Shown: in pieces, positions 38,800-48,045 of the stretch
How positions within the stretch are numbered: the first letter of the stretch is position 1
Layout of the letters: the number at the start of each line of letters is the position of its first letter
From: Clostridiales bacterium
GTDB taxonomy: Bacteria > Bacillota > Clostridia > Oscillospirales > Oscillospiraceae
Assembly (NCBI GenBank): GCA_014799505.1
Contig: JAAVHV010000007.1
Location: forward strand, 4,054-68,053
DNA: 64,000 bases
Reading direction: 5' to 3'
The notes under the pieces: generated by a model
Told to the model about the DNA's origin: nothing
What the model saw: only the letters and a program-made list of their open reading frames with translations
The model's database searches: none
Position numbers and translations under genes: made by a program

Positions 38800-40131
38800 T
38801 TATTGTTGCCGCGATCCGGCGTGGGATGCCAGGGCCGTTCCTTCTGTCAGGACGCCGATGAGCGCGTCCCCATCCACGCCGGTGATGTTCACGTCCACCA
38901 GCGCGTTGTGAAGGGATTCCCCTTGCGCCCGCACCAGGGCGTAAGTGGGGGCGTGGCCCTGCCACAGGCCGTCCTTTTCCTCCTCAAACAGCACCGGGAG
39001 GACGCGGCCCACCTGGCTGTTCAGCCACCGGGCCTCCAGCTCGCCCGCCAGGGCGATGGCCCGGCGGGTCCGAGTCTCTTTCTCTTCCCTGGGCACCTGA
39101 TCCGGCATGGTGTCGGCGGGGGTGCCGGGGCGGCGGGAGTAGGGGAACACGTGCATGGCGGTGAAGGCGCACCGCCGGACAAATTCCAGCGTCTGGGTGA
39201 ACTCGTCCTCGGTTTCACCGGGAAAGCCGGTGATGAGGTCGGTGGTGATGCCGGGGTCAGGGAAGTATTCTCTCAGTAATCTGACGCTTTCATAATACCG
39301 CGCGGTATCATATTTCCGGTTCATCCGGGCCAGGGTGGCGTCGCACCCGGACTGGAGGGACAGATGGAAGTGGGGGCACAGGTTGGGCAGGGCGGCGGCG
39401 CGGCGGCAGAACTCCTCCGTCACCGTTCTGGGCTCTAAAGAACCCAGCCGCACCCGCAGGCCGGGGGCGGCCCCGCACACCGCCTCGATCAGGTCGATGA
39501 GGGCCTGTCCGTTTTTGAGGTCGTGCCCCCAGGACGAGATCTCGATGCCGGTGAGCACCACCTCCCGGTAGCCCTCCCGGGCCAGGGCGCGGGCTTGCTC
39601 TACGGCCTCATCCAACGGCAGGGAGCGCACCGGCCCCCGGGCGTAGGGGATGATGCAGTAGGAGCAGAAGTTGACGCAGCCGTCCTCCACCTTCAGCATG
39701 GCCCTGGTGCGGCCCGCAGCCCCCCCGGCGGAGAGCCGCTCGAAGTCCCTGCGTGCCAGGGCGCTGTCAACGGTGATCACTTGCTCCCCCTTCGCTTGAA
39801 GCAGCCCCTCCAGCCTGTCCAGGAAGTCCATCCGCCCCGCCGAGCCGGACACCAGGTCCACCCCCAGCGCCGCCACCGCGTCGGGGTCGGTCTGGGCGTA
39901 GCAGCCGCACACCGCCACCACCGACCCCGGCGCGCCTTTCCGGGCCCGGCGGATAATGTTGCGGCACTTTTTGTCGCTGACGGCGGTGACGGTGCAGGTG
40001 TTGATGATGTAGGCGTCCGCCGGGCCGTCGAAGTCCGCCAGGGTGTGGCCCCGGCGGAGCAGCTCCCGCTCCATGGCCTGGGTCTCGTACTGGTTCACCT
40101 TGCAGCCCAGGGTGTAGATGGCGATGTCCAC
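38800..40131 (-). CDS. mtaB: tRNA t6A37 methylthiotransferase
   Basis: TLGCKVNQYE, INTCTVT, CxxxCxxC, HLSLQSG. Confidence 0.93.
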   Translation of the reverse strand: MDIAIYTLGCKVNQYETQAMERELLRRGHTLADFDGPADAYIINTCTVTAVSDKKCRNIIRRARKGAPGSVVAVCGCYAQTDPDAVAALGVDLVSGSAGRMDFLDRLEGLLQAKGEQVITVDSALARRDFERLSAGGAAGRTRAMLKVEDGCVNFCSYCIIPYARGPVRSLPLDEAVEQARALAREGYREVVLTGIEISSWGHDLKNGQALIDLIEAVCGAAPGLRVRLGSLEPRTVTEEFCRRAAALPNLCPHFHLSLQSGCDATLARMNRKYDTARYYESVRLLREYFPDPGITTDLITGFPGETEDEFTQTLEFVRRCAFTAMHVFPYSRRPGTPADTMPDQVPREEKETRTRRAIALAGELEARWLNSQVGRVLPVLFEEEKDGLWQGHAPTYALVRAQGESLHNALVDVNITGVDGDALIGVLTEGTALASHAGSRQQ

Positions 40132-40263
40132 GGCGGGCCCCCTCCTTAATGAGTAAGTTCCCGCCATTATACCACTTCACGGGCGGAAAGGCAACCGCCA
40201 TCCGGCCCGGCGCTTGCCGCCTTTGGCCTCGGATGCCCCAAAATGGAATCGGGATTCAATTTT

Positions 40264-40668
40264 TTACAATCCACTTTTCAGAGCATTTTCAACTGCTTTC
40301 TTTATGACGGTGCTGGAATTTGTTGCACCGGATATTGCGTCAACATCAATTCTTTGTTCGTCAACGATTTCGTCAATGATGGCTTCTGCGGCTTTTCCAC
40401 GCTCATGCTTATGTTCCAAAATACTAATATCTATGATTTTTCCATTTTGCACGGTGACTTCCACTTTAGCATATATAAAATTCACATCATATTCCCCGAT
40501 ATAAATTCCGTCGGAAACATCAGAAACATTTATTTCATCAAAAGTGGTTTCTTTTACAGCCTTTTTATAATCTGCAACATTTTTTAGGTAAACTGTTCCC
40601 ACAATTAAACCAAAAATAAAAGTGACTATAATAATAGACAAAATGATTCTTTTTCGCGATACGTTCAT
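40264..40668 (-). CDS. FMN-binding domain protein
   Basis: VDAISGATNSS motif; N-terminal TM; low GC. Confidence 0.88.
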   Translation of the reverse strand: MNVSRKRIILSIIIVTFIFGLIVGTVYLKNVADYKKAVKETTFDEINVSDVSDGIYIGEYDVNFIYAKVEVTVQNGKIIDISILEHKHERGKAAEAIIDEIVDEQRIDVDAISGATNSSTVIKKAVENALKSGL

Positions 40669-41240
40669 TTCAGACGCCTCTCAATCTTTCTGACTATCCG
40701 CTTTGGCAATTCCTTTTTATTTGCCGCGCCCGCGCATACAACTTTTCCCATTGGCTTCATACCCGCTGTCTTGAAAAATTCATTCATATTGTGGATTGCA
40801 CCTCTGCTTTGTCCAAATATCCACGAAAAGGGGGCAGGGGTATTGCAAGAAGTCAAAAGCAAATATTTTTTGCCTTGCAGATGTGGTTTAGGAAAGGTAC
40901 TTGTTTCTTCCATAGCCGTTCCTAATAATCGGTCGAATAAGTTTTTAACCGGGGCAGGAACATTCGCCCAGTAGACAGGAGCGGCAAGAATCACGATTTG
41001 ACATTTATGGATAAAATCTGTAATTTCCTGTATATCATCTTTTAGAATACAGGTCTGCGTTTTCATACAAGCCCGGCAGCCTTTACAGTAGAAAAGATTT
41101 TTTTCGTATAAATTGATTTTGGTCACTGTATAGCCTTTTCTTTCAGCTTCGCAAATTGCGCAATCTAACATAGCTGCGGTCATTCCGTTTACATGGGGAC
41201 TTCCTAAAATAGCAAGTATATTCGTCTTACTCATAACCAT
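40665..41240 (-). CDS. Flavodoxin-like NADPH-dependent FMN reductase / iron-sulfur flavoprotein
   Basis: GSPH..G.T, CKGCRAC..C, APVYW. Confidence 0.88.
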   Translation of the reverse strand: MVMSKTNILAILGSPHVNGMTAAMLDCAICEAERKGYTVTKINLYEKNLFYCKGCRACMKTQTCILKDDIQEITDFIHKCQIVILAAPVYWANVPAPVKNLFDRLLGTAMEETSTFPKPHLQGKKYLLLTSCNTPAPFSWIFGQSRGAIHNMNEFFKTAGMKPMGKVVCAGAANKKELPKRIVRKIERRLK

Positions 41241-41886
41241 TTCCTCCGCGCGTAATAGAACGATATAACATCTGAAAACCTTGGTTCAAAAATTGGATTT
41301 TTGATAATCCTGTTGTCTTTTTGATATATTCCTCTTTACTTGCAGCAAGCAGAATGATCCCGGACAACATACCCCAAAAATGATAGATAGTTGGCATAAT
41401 TTCCAAATCATTGCGCAGTTCGCCTTTCTCTATGCCGGATCGGATGAACTCTTTTAGCTTCTCGTTGATTTCCTCGCCTATTTGATAAGTTTCTTTTTCT
41501 TCCGGCAGATAGGCGTGGCTTTCAAAATCAATATTGATTTTATCCAATACCATTTTGAAGTAAAAAGGGAACTCCTCTTGATACTGAATTAACCCACGGC
41601 AAATAGAATCATACCGATCTTTTGTTGTCTCAGACTGTACCAACGCAGAAGCGATGTAGTCGTAAAGCTTTTTCATGCTATTCAGCACCAAAATACCAAC
41701 AATTTCTTCTTTGTTTTCAAAGTACACATACAAGGTTGCCTTGCTGTATCCGGCTGCTTTGGCAATATCGTCCATAGACGCTGCCGCTATGCCTTTTTCC
41801 ATAAACAATGTGGACGCGGCTGCGGCAATTTTTTCCCGGTGTACACTTCTAGGCTCTTTTTTCCTTCGTCCCATTTCCGCCTCCAT
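41227..41886 (-). CDS. TetR-family regulator
   Basis: SMDDIAKAAGYSKATLYVYFENKEE. Confidence 0.93.
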   Translation of the reverse strand: MEAEMGRRKKEPRSVHREKIAAAASTLFMEKGIAAASMDDIAKAAGYSKATLYVYFENKEEIVGILVLNSMKKLYDYIASALVQSETTKDRYDSICRGLIQYQEEFPFYFKMVLDKINIDFESHAYLPEEKETYQIGEEINEKLKEFIRSGIEKGELRNDLEIMPTIYHFWGMLSGIILLAASKEEYIKKTTGLSKIQFLNQGFQMLYRSITRGGNGYE

Positions 41887-42020
41887 GATTTAATTAAACT
41901 TAGAGTTTAATTATAGCGTCTGTAAAAGGTTTTGTCAATTCAGTTCTCGTGATTTTTGCTGTACATTTTCCTTCCGCCGTGGTAGAATACCGGGGCAGAT
42001 ATAGAAAGGCGGCCCCGCAT

Positions 42021-42596
42021 ATGAACTACAGTTTCTTTGCCTACATCTTCCGAATGCGCTACATTGCCCGCTGGGCGCTGATGCGCAACACCCGCACCGA
42101 GAACGTGGAGGAGCACTCCTACGAGGTGGCGGTGCTGGCCCACGCCCTGGCGGTCATCGGCCGGGACGTGTTCCACAAGGAGATCGACCCGGATAAGGCC
42201 GCCGTGGCAGCGCTGTTCCACGACGCGCCGGAGATCATCACTGGCGACATGCCCACCCCCATCAAATACTACAACCCGGACATCAAAACTGCATACCGGC
42301 AGGTGGAAGCAGTGGCTCAGGACAAACTGTTGTCCATGCTTCCTTCCGAGCTGGTCCCTGCTTACGCGCCGCTGGTGCGGGAAAGCGACCCCCAGGTGCG
42401 GCGGTACGTGAAGGCAGCGGACAAGTTGTCAGCCTATATCAAGTGTGTGGAGGAGCTGAAGGCGGGCAATGCCGAGTTCAAAAAGGCTTCGGAGCAAACC
42501 CTGGCGGCTCTTAAAGGCATGGAAATGGAGGAGCTGGATTACTTCATGGAGCGGTTCCTCCCCGCGTTCAGTCTGACGCTGGACGAATTGCAATAA
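42021..42596 (+). CDS. yfbR: HD-domain 5'-deoxynucleotidase
   Basis: RWALMRN..ENVEEHS, HD, TGDMPTPIKY, ADKLSAY. Confidence 0.92.
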   Translation: MNYSFFAYIFRMRYIARWALMRNTRTENVEEHSYEVAVLAHALAVIGRDVFHKEIDPDKAAVAALFHDAPEIITGDMPTPIKYYNPDIKTAYRQVEAVAQDKLLSMLPSELVPAYAPLVRESDPQVRRYVKAADKLSAYIKCVEELKAGNAEFKKASEQTLAALKGMEMEELDYFMERFLPAFSLTLDELQ

Positions 42597-42611
42597 TAAG
42601 GAGGAGTATGC

Positions 42612-43076
42612 GTGAGCGAACGCTTCAAAAACGCATCCGCAGTGTTTCCCGTTTTGCTGCGGACAGCGGACGAAACTGAACAGGTGCTGCTCCACCTTCG
42701 GGCCGGCACCGGCTACATGGACGGCTGGTGGGACTTTGCCGGCAGCGGCCACGTAGAAGCGGGGGAAACCGCCTCACAGGCGGTGTGCCGGGAGTGCGCG
42801 GAGGAGATTGGCGTCGTCGTGCGCCCTGAAAACACCCGCTTTCTCCATGTGACCCACAGACTGGGCAGGCTGACCTATTACGACTTCTATTTTCAGGTCT
42901 GCGTCTGGGCGGGAGAGCCGCAGATCAATGAGCCGGACAAATGCGCAGATCTGAAGTGGTTCGCGCTGGACCAGCTGCCTCAAAACATGATCCCCCAACG
43001 CCGCTTTGCGCTGGAGCGCTGGCGTTCAGGAGCCCCATACAGTGAAATCATTGAATCAGAGGAGGAAACCCTATGA
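42612..43076 (+). CDS. NUDIX hydrolase
   Basis: GHVEAGETASQAVCRECAEEIG Nudix box. Confidence 0.9.
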   Translation: MSERFKNASAVFPVLLRTADETEQVLLHLRAGTGYMDGWWDFAGSGHVEAGETASQAVCRECAEEIGVVVRPENTRFLHVTHRLGRLTYYDFYFQVCVWAGEPQINEPDKCADLKWFALDQLPQNMIPQRRFALERWRSGAPYSEIIESEEETL

Positions 43077-43342
43077 GAGCCATTGTCACCGTCATCGGCA
43101 AGGACCAGGTGGGCATTATCGCCGCCGTGTGCGCCCTGCTCAGCGAGAAGAACGTCAACGTGCTGGACATCAGCCAGACCGTCCTCCAGGAGTATTTCAC
43201 CATGATTATGCTGGTGGACGCCGGGGAGGCCACGGTGCCCTTCGCCCGCCTGCGGGAGGACCTGGCCGAGGCTGGCAAGGAGCGGAACCTGGACATCCGC
43301 ATCCAGCGCGAGGACATCTTCAACGCGATGCACCGGATCTGA
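43073..43342 (+). CDS. ACT-domain protein (UPF0237)
   Basis: TVIGKDQVGIIA..IFNAMHRI. Confidence 0.92.
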   Translation: MRAIVTVIGKDQVGIIAAVCALLSEKNVNVLDISQTVLQEYFTMIMLVDAGEATVPFARLREDLAEAGKERNLDIRIQREDIFNAMHRI

Positions 43343-43468
43343 GCGTCCGAGCCGTCGTGAGCAGCGCGGATGGACTGGAGCGAGGGCGAGCGGAGGGCCG
43401 CGCAGCGGCCCGCAGACCAGCCCGAGGCGGAGGGAAGCCGCGCGTCGCGAACAGGCGAGGCGTGACAA
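43340..43468 (+). repeat. Structured intergenic repeat, copy 1
   Basis: Shares GGATGGACTGGAGCGAGG..GACCAG..GGAAGCCG..GCGTGACAA with 55679-55811. Confidence 0.75.
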
Positions 43469-43487
43469 CATTTGAGGAGCCAAAACC

Positions 43488-44846
43488 ATGATCAACACCA
43501 ACGACATTTTACAGACCATCCAGATGATCGACCACCAGCATCTGGACGTGCGCACCATCACCATGGGGGTCAATCTGCTGGACTGCTGCGACCCAGACCC
43601 CGCCGCCGCCTGCCGGAAGATTTACGACAAGATCACCACCTCTGCCGAGAGGCTGGTGCGCACCGGCGAGGACATCGAGACGGAGTTCGGCATCCCCATC
43701 GTCAACAAGCGCATCTCCGTCACCCCCATGGCGCTGGTGGCCGGGGCGTCCCGCACCGCCGATTACGTCCCCTTCGCCGCCGCCATGGATAGGGCGGCGA
43801 AAACGGTGGGGGTCAACTTTATCGGCGGCTTCTCCGCCCTGGTGCAGAAGGGCATGACCGAGGGGGATAAGAAGCTCATCGCCGCCATCCCGGAGGCGCT
43901 GGCCGTCACCGATGTGGTGTGTTCTTCCGTCAACGTGGGCTCCACCAAGGCGGGCATCAACATGGACGCGGTTGCCCTCATGGGCCGCACCATCAAGGCG
44001 CTGGCGGAGCACACCGCCGACCAGGGCGGCTTCGGCTGCGCCAAGCTGGTGGTGTTCTGCAACGCGGTGGAGGACAATCCCTTCATGGCGGGGGCCTTCC
44101 ACGGTGTGGGGGAGGCCGAGCGGGTCATCAACGTGGGCGTGTCCGGCCCCGGTGTGGTGCACCACGCCTTGCAAAGCGTGAAGGGCCAGCCCTTCGACGT
44201 GGTGGCGGAGACCATCAAAAAGACGGCGTTCCAGGTCACCCGCATGGGCCAGCTTGTGGCCCGGGAGGCCAGTTTCCGGCTGGGGGTGCCCTTCGGCATC
44301 GTGGATCTGTCCCTGGCCCCCACCCCCGCCATCGGGGACTCGGTGGCCCGCATCCTGGAGGAGATGGGCCTGGAGGTGTGCGGTACCCACGGCACCACCG
44401 CCGCCCTGGCGCTCCTCAACGACGCGGTGAAGAAGGGCGGCGTCATGGCGTCCTCGTCGGTGGGCGGGCTGTCCGGGGCCTTTATCCCGGTGAGCGAGGA
44501 CGAGGGCATGATTGCCGCCGCCCAGGCGGGGGCGCTGACCCTGGACAAGCTGGAGGCCATGACCTGTGTGTGCTCGGTGGGGCTGGACATGATCGCCGTC
44601 CCCGGCGACACCTCCGCCGCCACCCTGTCCGCCATCATCGCCGACGAGGCCGCCATCGGCATGGTGAACCAAAAGACCACCGCCGTGCGCGTCATCCCCG
44701 CGCCGGGCAAGACGGTGGGGGACGTGGTGGAGTTTGGCGGACTGCTGGGCTCCGCGCCGGTGATGCCCTGCCACACCGGCAGCGCCGAGGACTTTGTGGC
44801 AAGGGGCGGGCGGATCCCCGCGCCCATGCACAGCTTGAAAAACTGA
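43488..44846 (+). CDS. UPF0210/DUF711 (PFL-like family) protein
   Basis: [33 protein letters not shown]. Confidence 0.92.
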   Translation: MINTNDILQTIQMIDHQHLDVRTITMGVNLLDCCDPDPAAACRKIYDKITTSAERLVRTGEDIETEFGIPIVNKRISVTPMALVAGASRTADYVPFAAAMDRAAKTVGVNFIGGFSALVQKGMTEGDKKLIAAIPEALAVTDVVCSSVNVGSTKAGINMDAVALMGRTIKALAEHTADQGGFGCAKLVVFCNAVEDNPFMAGAFHGVGEAERVINVGVSGPGVVHHALQSVKGQPFDVVAETIKKTAFQVTRMGQLVAREASFRLGVPFGIVDLSLAPTPAIGDSVARILEEMGLEVCGTHGTTAALALLNDAVKKGGVMASSSVGGLSGAFIPVSEDEGMIAAAQAGALTLDKLEAMTCVCSVGLDMIAVPGDTSAATLSAIIADEAAIGMVNQKTTAVRVIPAPGKTVGDVVEFGGLLGSAPVMPCHTGSAEDFVARGGRIPAPMHSLKN

Positions 44847-44862
44847 AAGGAATGTGAGATCA

Positions 44863-45405
44863 ATGCCGGAAATTACACAAGAACCCATTGTGGGAGGCGG
44901 ATACCGCTTTGAGGAGGACAGCTTCTCCTGTAAGGACTGCTCCGACCCCATCCGATATGAGGACATCACCAAGGTGACCAACGTGCCGGGGAGCTGCTGC
45001 TTCAACATCAGCTTCACCAACCAGAAGGGGAAAGCGCGCAAGGTGGAGGTCATCCTGGACAGCGCCGGCCAGGCGGAGGCGCTCCGGGCGATGCTTCCCC
45101 GAAAGATCCCCCGGGCCGCCGCCGATACCCGCCCGGAGACAGTGTGGGAGGCCGTCGACGCTTGGGTGACCCTGGGGCTGTGCCTGGCCGCGTTGGTCGC
45201 GCTGATCATCGTGCTCAACACATGGGGCCGGGGGGCCTCCGTCAGCGTGCCCATCTGGCTCCTGCCTTTCTTCATGATCGGCTCGTTCCTGAGCACGGGG
45301 GTGCTGATCGCCATCGGCGCCGCCATTTTGCTCCTGTGCGGGATCGGGGCGGCGGTTTCGCTGGCAAAGCGGAAAACGGTTTGGGAGATCACCACAGTCA
45401 AATAA
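44863..45405 (+). CDS. Hypothetical membrane protein
   Basis: In-operon ORF with C-terminal TM helices; start uncertain. Confidence 0.65.
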   Translation: MPEITQEPIVGGGYRFEEDSFSCKDCSDPIRYEDITKVTNVPGSCCFNISFTNQKGKARKVEVILDSAGQAEALRAMLPRKIPRAAADTRPETVWEAVDAWVTLGLCLAALVALIIVLNTWGRGASVSVPIWLLPFFMIGSFLSTGVLIAIGAAILLLCGIGAAVSLAKRKTVWEITTVK

Positions 45406-45449
45406 ACAAAGAGGCCGAAAGCGGATCGCTTTCGGCCTCTTTTCAAATT

Positions 45450-46133
45450 TCAGGTAACTTCTCTGGGGTCCGGGTCGGCCCAGATGGTGGAGAAATAGTC
45501 GTAGTACGGCATGAGGAAGGTGAAGCCCTCCACCAGGCGGTTGGCCAATTCGGGGCTGTAGAGGAACTCCGTCAGCCCCTCCTCATGGCCCACAGTCAGG
45601 GATCTCTTGTTGTACCACGACCCAAGCCTGGGCTCGGCGCAGGGCTTTTTTCGGCTGTACTCAGGCCCGTTCAGCACAAACTCATCCTGCTTGGCCAGCT
45701 TGTTGTGCAGCTTCAGCAGGGGCTTGGGGTCCCGGTCGATGCGGGCCCGGTGCTTTTCCATCAGCGACGCCTGGGCGCACCAGAAGCCCATGCCGTAGCT
45801 CCAGCCGTCGGGGGCCAGTTCGAACCACAGCACCGGGTGGTCGCCCCCCGATTCGTTGCCGAAGCGGAACAGGGACAGCCACAGGTGATCCTTGTACGGC
45901 CCCCGGCCGAACAGTCGCCGGGCGTCCCGGTAGATGCGGGAAATCTTCAGGTTCAGCCCGCTCTTGGGGAAGCGCTCCAGCAGGGCGCCCTGCACCTGCC
46001 CGCCCAGCTCCCTCATCGGGGCCAGGAAATAGGTCTGGTAATCGGACTTGTGGGCCTCAAACCAGCTCTTTTCGTTGTTGAAGCGGATGCCCCACATGAA
46101 GTCTACGGTCTGCTGAGAAAACCCTTCAAACAT
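45450..46133 (-). CDS. DUF2461-family protein
   Basis: NNEKSWFEAHK, RIYRDAR..PYK. Confidence 0.85.
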   Translation of the reverse strand: MFEGFSQQTVDFMWGIRFNNEKSWFEAHKSDYQTYFLAPMRELGGQVQGALLERFPKSGLNLKISRIYRDARRLFGRGPYKDHLWLSLFRFGNESGGDHPVLWFELAPDGWSYGMGFWCAQASLMEKHRARIDRDPKPLLKLHNKLAKQDEFVLNGPEYSRKKPCAEPRLGSWYNKRSLTVGHEEGLTEFLYSPELANRLVEGFTFLMPYYDYFSTIWADPDPREVT

Positions 46134-46139
46134 GGCGTG

Positions 46140-47966
46140 TCACCCCCATCCGGTCCAGTCGTCCAATGGCATGTCGACATACTGGGTGGGAGTGGGCTCT
46201 GGCGTGGGGTTCGTCCAGGGATCGGTGTAGGGGGGCGGCAGGTTGGGGTCATCGGTGGGGGTGACGGAGGGGTCGGTCACAACGGGTGGCTCGGTGACCG
46301 GCGGCACCTCAGGGGTGGTCACAACGCCGGGATCCGGGGTGACCACTGTGCTGGGATCCACCGGCAGGCCCCAGTAGGCCGCGTCAGCGGGGTTGTAGAG
46401 GACCACCTTGTCCCGCTTGGCGTAGGTGCTGTGGTTCTCAAAGGTGCGGGAGAGGAGGTTGCCGTTGGCGTCGTACACGCAGCGGTATACGTCCACCACA
46501 TAGCCGGTGTAAGGGGTGGTCTTTACTTTGGTGGTGCGCAGGGGGATCGTCTCGTCCGGCTCGTACACGGTGGTCCAGGGGGTGGAGGACTGGGTGTACC
46601 GCTGGGTCTCCACCTTGATGCCGTCGGGGTTGCTGCCGTAGAACTGGACGGTGAGCTTGCCCCAGGCCCCGCCCTCCGTGTAGGCCACGATCTTGATGGG
46701 GAAACCGGTATTGTTGCGGAACTTGAAGTCCAGGGAGGGGTAGTAGATAGTGGCGTCCAGCCCGTTGGGGATATAGCCGGTGGCAAAGGCGTGGCAGGCC
46801 CGCCGGACGATCTCCAGGTTGGAGTACACCGCGCAGTAGTACAGGGAGGAGGACACCTGGCACACGCCGCCGCCGTCCATGGGGACGGTCTCGCCGTTCT
46901 GGTAGCCGGTGCTGGTCCGATAGCCGTTGCGGGTGCTGGGGTCGCCGATGGTGCCGATATAGGAGAACACCTCGCCGGGCTGGATCACCTTGCCGTTGCA
47001 GAACTCGGCGGCCCGGTTCACATTGAAGGAGCGGTTGGCCACGCCGTCCAGATTGGTGGTGACGGAGGCCAGCAGGTCCTTATAATACATGGACTCGTCC
47101 TCGGAGGTCCCCGGCGGGGTATACTCCAGGGGGATGGTGACGGGCGCGCCGGGTTCGGCGGCGTCCAGCAGGGACTGGGCCTCCTCCGCGTTGACGGACA
47201 GGCCGATCACCGCCGGGGTGAGCTTGCCGTCCGCGTCCACGCCGGCGGCCTTGGGCTCCACGTACACCAGCTCATGGAGCACCTGGCCGCTCAGCTCCGC
47301 GCTGGGCACGGTCTCGGGCTCCACCGTCAGCTCCGTCTCGCCCTGGGCCAGGGCCTGCTCCGCCGCCTCCAGCAGGGCGTCGGCATCCACCTTCTGCCCG
47401 TCGTTTCCGGGGGTGACGGTCACATCCTCCGAGCCCAGCTCATAGGTGAAGTCCACCGGCTCCACATACAGCTCGTCGGCGATGGACTGGATGACCCGTT
47501 TTGCCTCGGCCTCCCCCTCGGGGGTGAAGGCGGCGGCGGACAGGGACAGGTCGGTGGGCTCCTTTGCCATGCCCAGCCAGAGCGCGCCCAGCTTCCACAG
47601 GGGCTGCTCCTCCTTGGCGCTGAAGCCCACGTCCACCGCGGCCTCGGGGGCGCAGGCCATCAGCTCCCCGGTGAGCTCCACCCGCTTGTCCTCGCCATAG
47701 AGGAGGGTGAGGGTGCGGCTGTCCAGGCGCTGGTCCATTTCCTTGGTGACCACGGCCAGAGCGTCCTCCCGGGTGAGCTTGCCCAGGTCGGCCACCGTAT
47801 CGCCCCGGTCGTCCACGGCCACCGCGCCGGGCAGGAGCCGGTCATTGTCCCGTACCCAGGTGCACAGGCCCAAATAGCCGCTGACAGCGGCAATGACCAG
47901 GGCCGCCGCCGTAAGGCCGACGATGAGGCCGACCGGAATTTTCTTTTTCGGAGTAGATTGTTCCAT
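46140..47966 (-). CDS. VanW-family protein with peptidoglycan-binding repeats
   Basis: GGGVCQVSSSLY, GLDAT, DFKFRN; N-terminal TM; Pro/Thr tail. Confidence 0.9.
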   Translation of the reverse strand: MEQSTPKKKIPVGLIVGLTAAALVIAAVSGYLGLCTWVRDNDRLLPGAVAVDDRGDTVADLGKLTREDALAVVTKEMDQRLDSRTLTLLYGEDKRVELTGELMACAPEAAVDVGFSAKEEQPLWKLGALWLGMAKEPTDLSLSAAAFTPEGEAEAKRVIQSIADELYVEPVDFTYELGSEDVTVTPGNDGQKVDADALLEAAEQALAQGETELTVEPETVPSAELSGQVLHELVYVEPKAAGVDADGKLTPAVIGLSVNAEEAQSLLDAAEPGAPVTIPLEYTPPGTSEDESMYYKDLLASVTTNLDGVANRSFNVNRAAEFCNGKVIQPGEVFSYIGTIGDPSTRNGYRTSTGYQNGETVPMDGGGVCQVSSSLYYCAVYSNLEIVRRACHAFATGYIPNGLDATIYYPSLDFKFRNNTGFPIKIVAYTEGGAWGKLTVQFYGSNPDGIKVETQRYTQSSTPWTTVYEPDETIPLRTTKVKTTPYTGYVVDVYRCVYDANGNLLSRTFENHSTYAKRDKVVLYNPADAAYWGLPVDPSTVVTPDPGVVTTPEVPPVTEPPVVTDPSVTPTDDPNLPPPYTDPWTNPTPEPTPTQYVDMPLDDWTGWG

Positions 47967-48045
47967 GACGCAGAAGACCTCCTACGAACGCAATCACAAA
48001 CAGTATACCACGATAGGCCGGATCAAGCAAGAGAAAGTATGCGGG

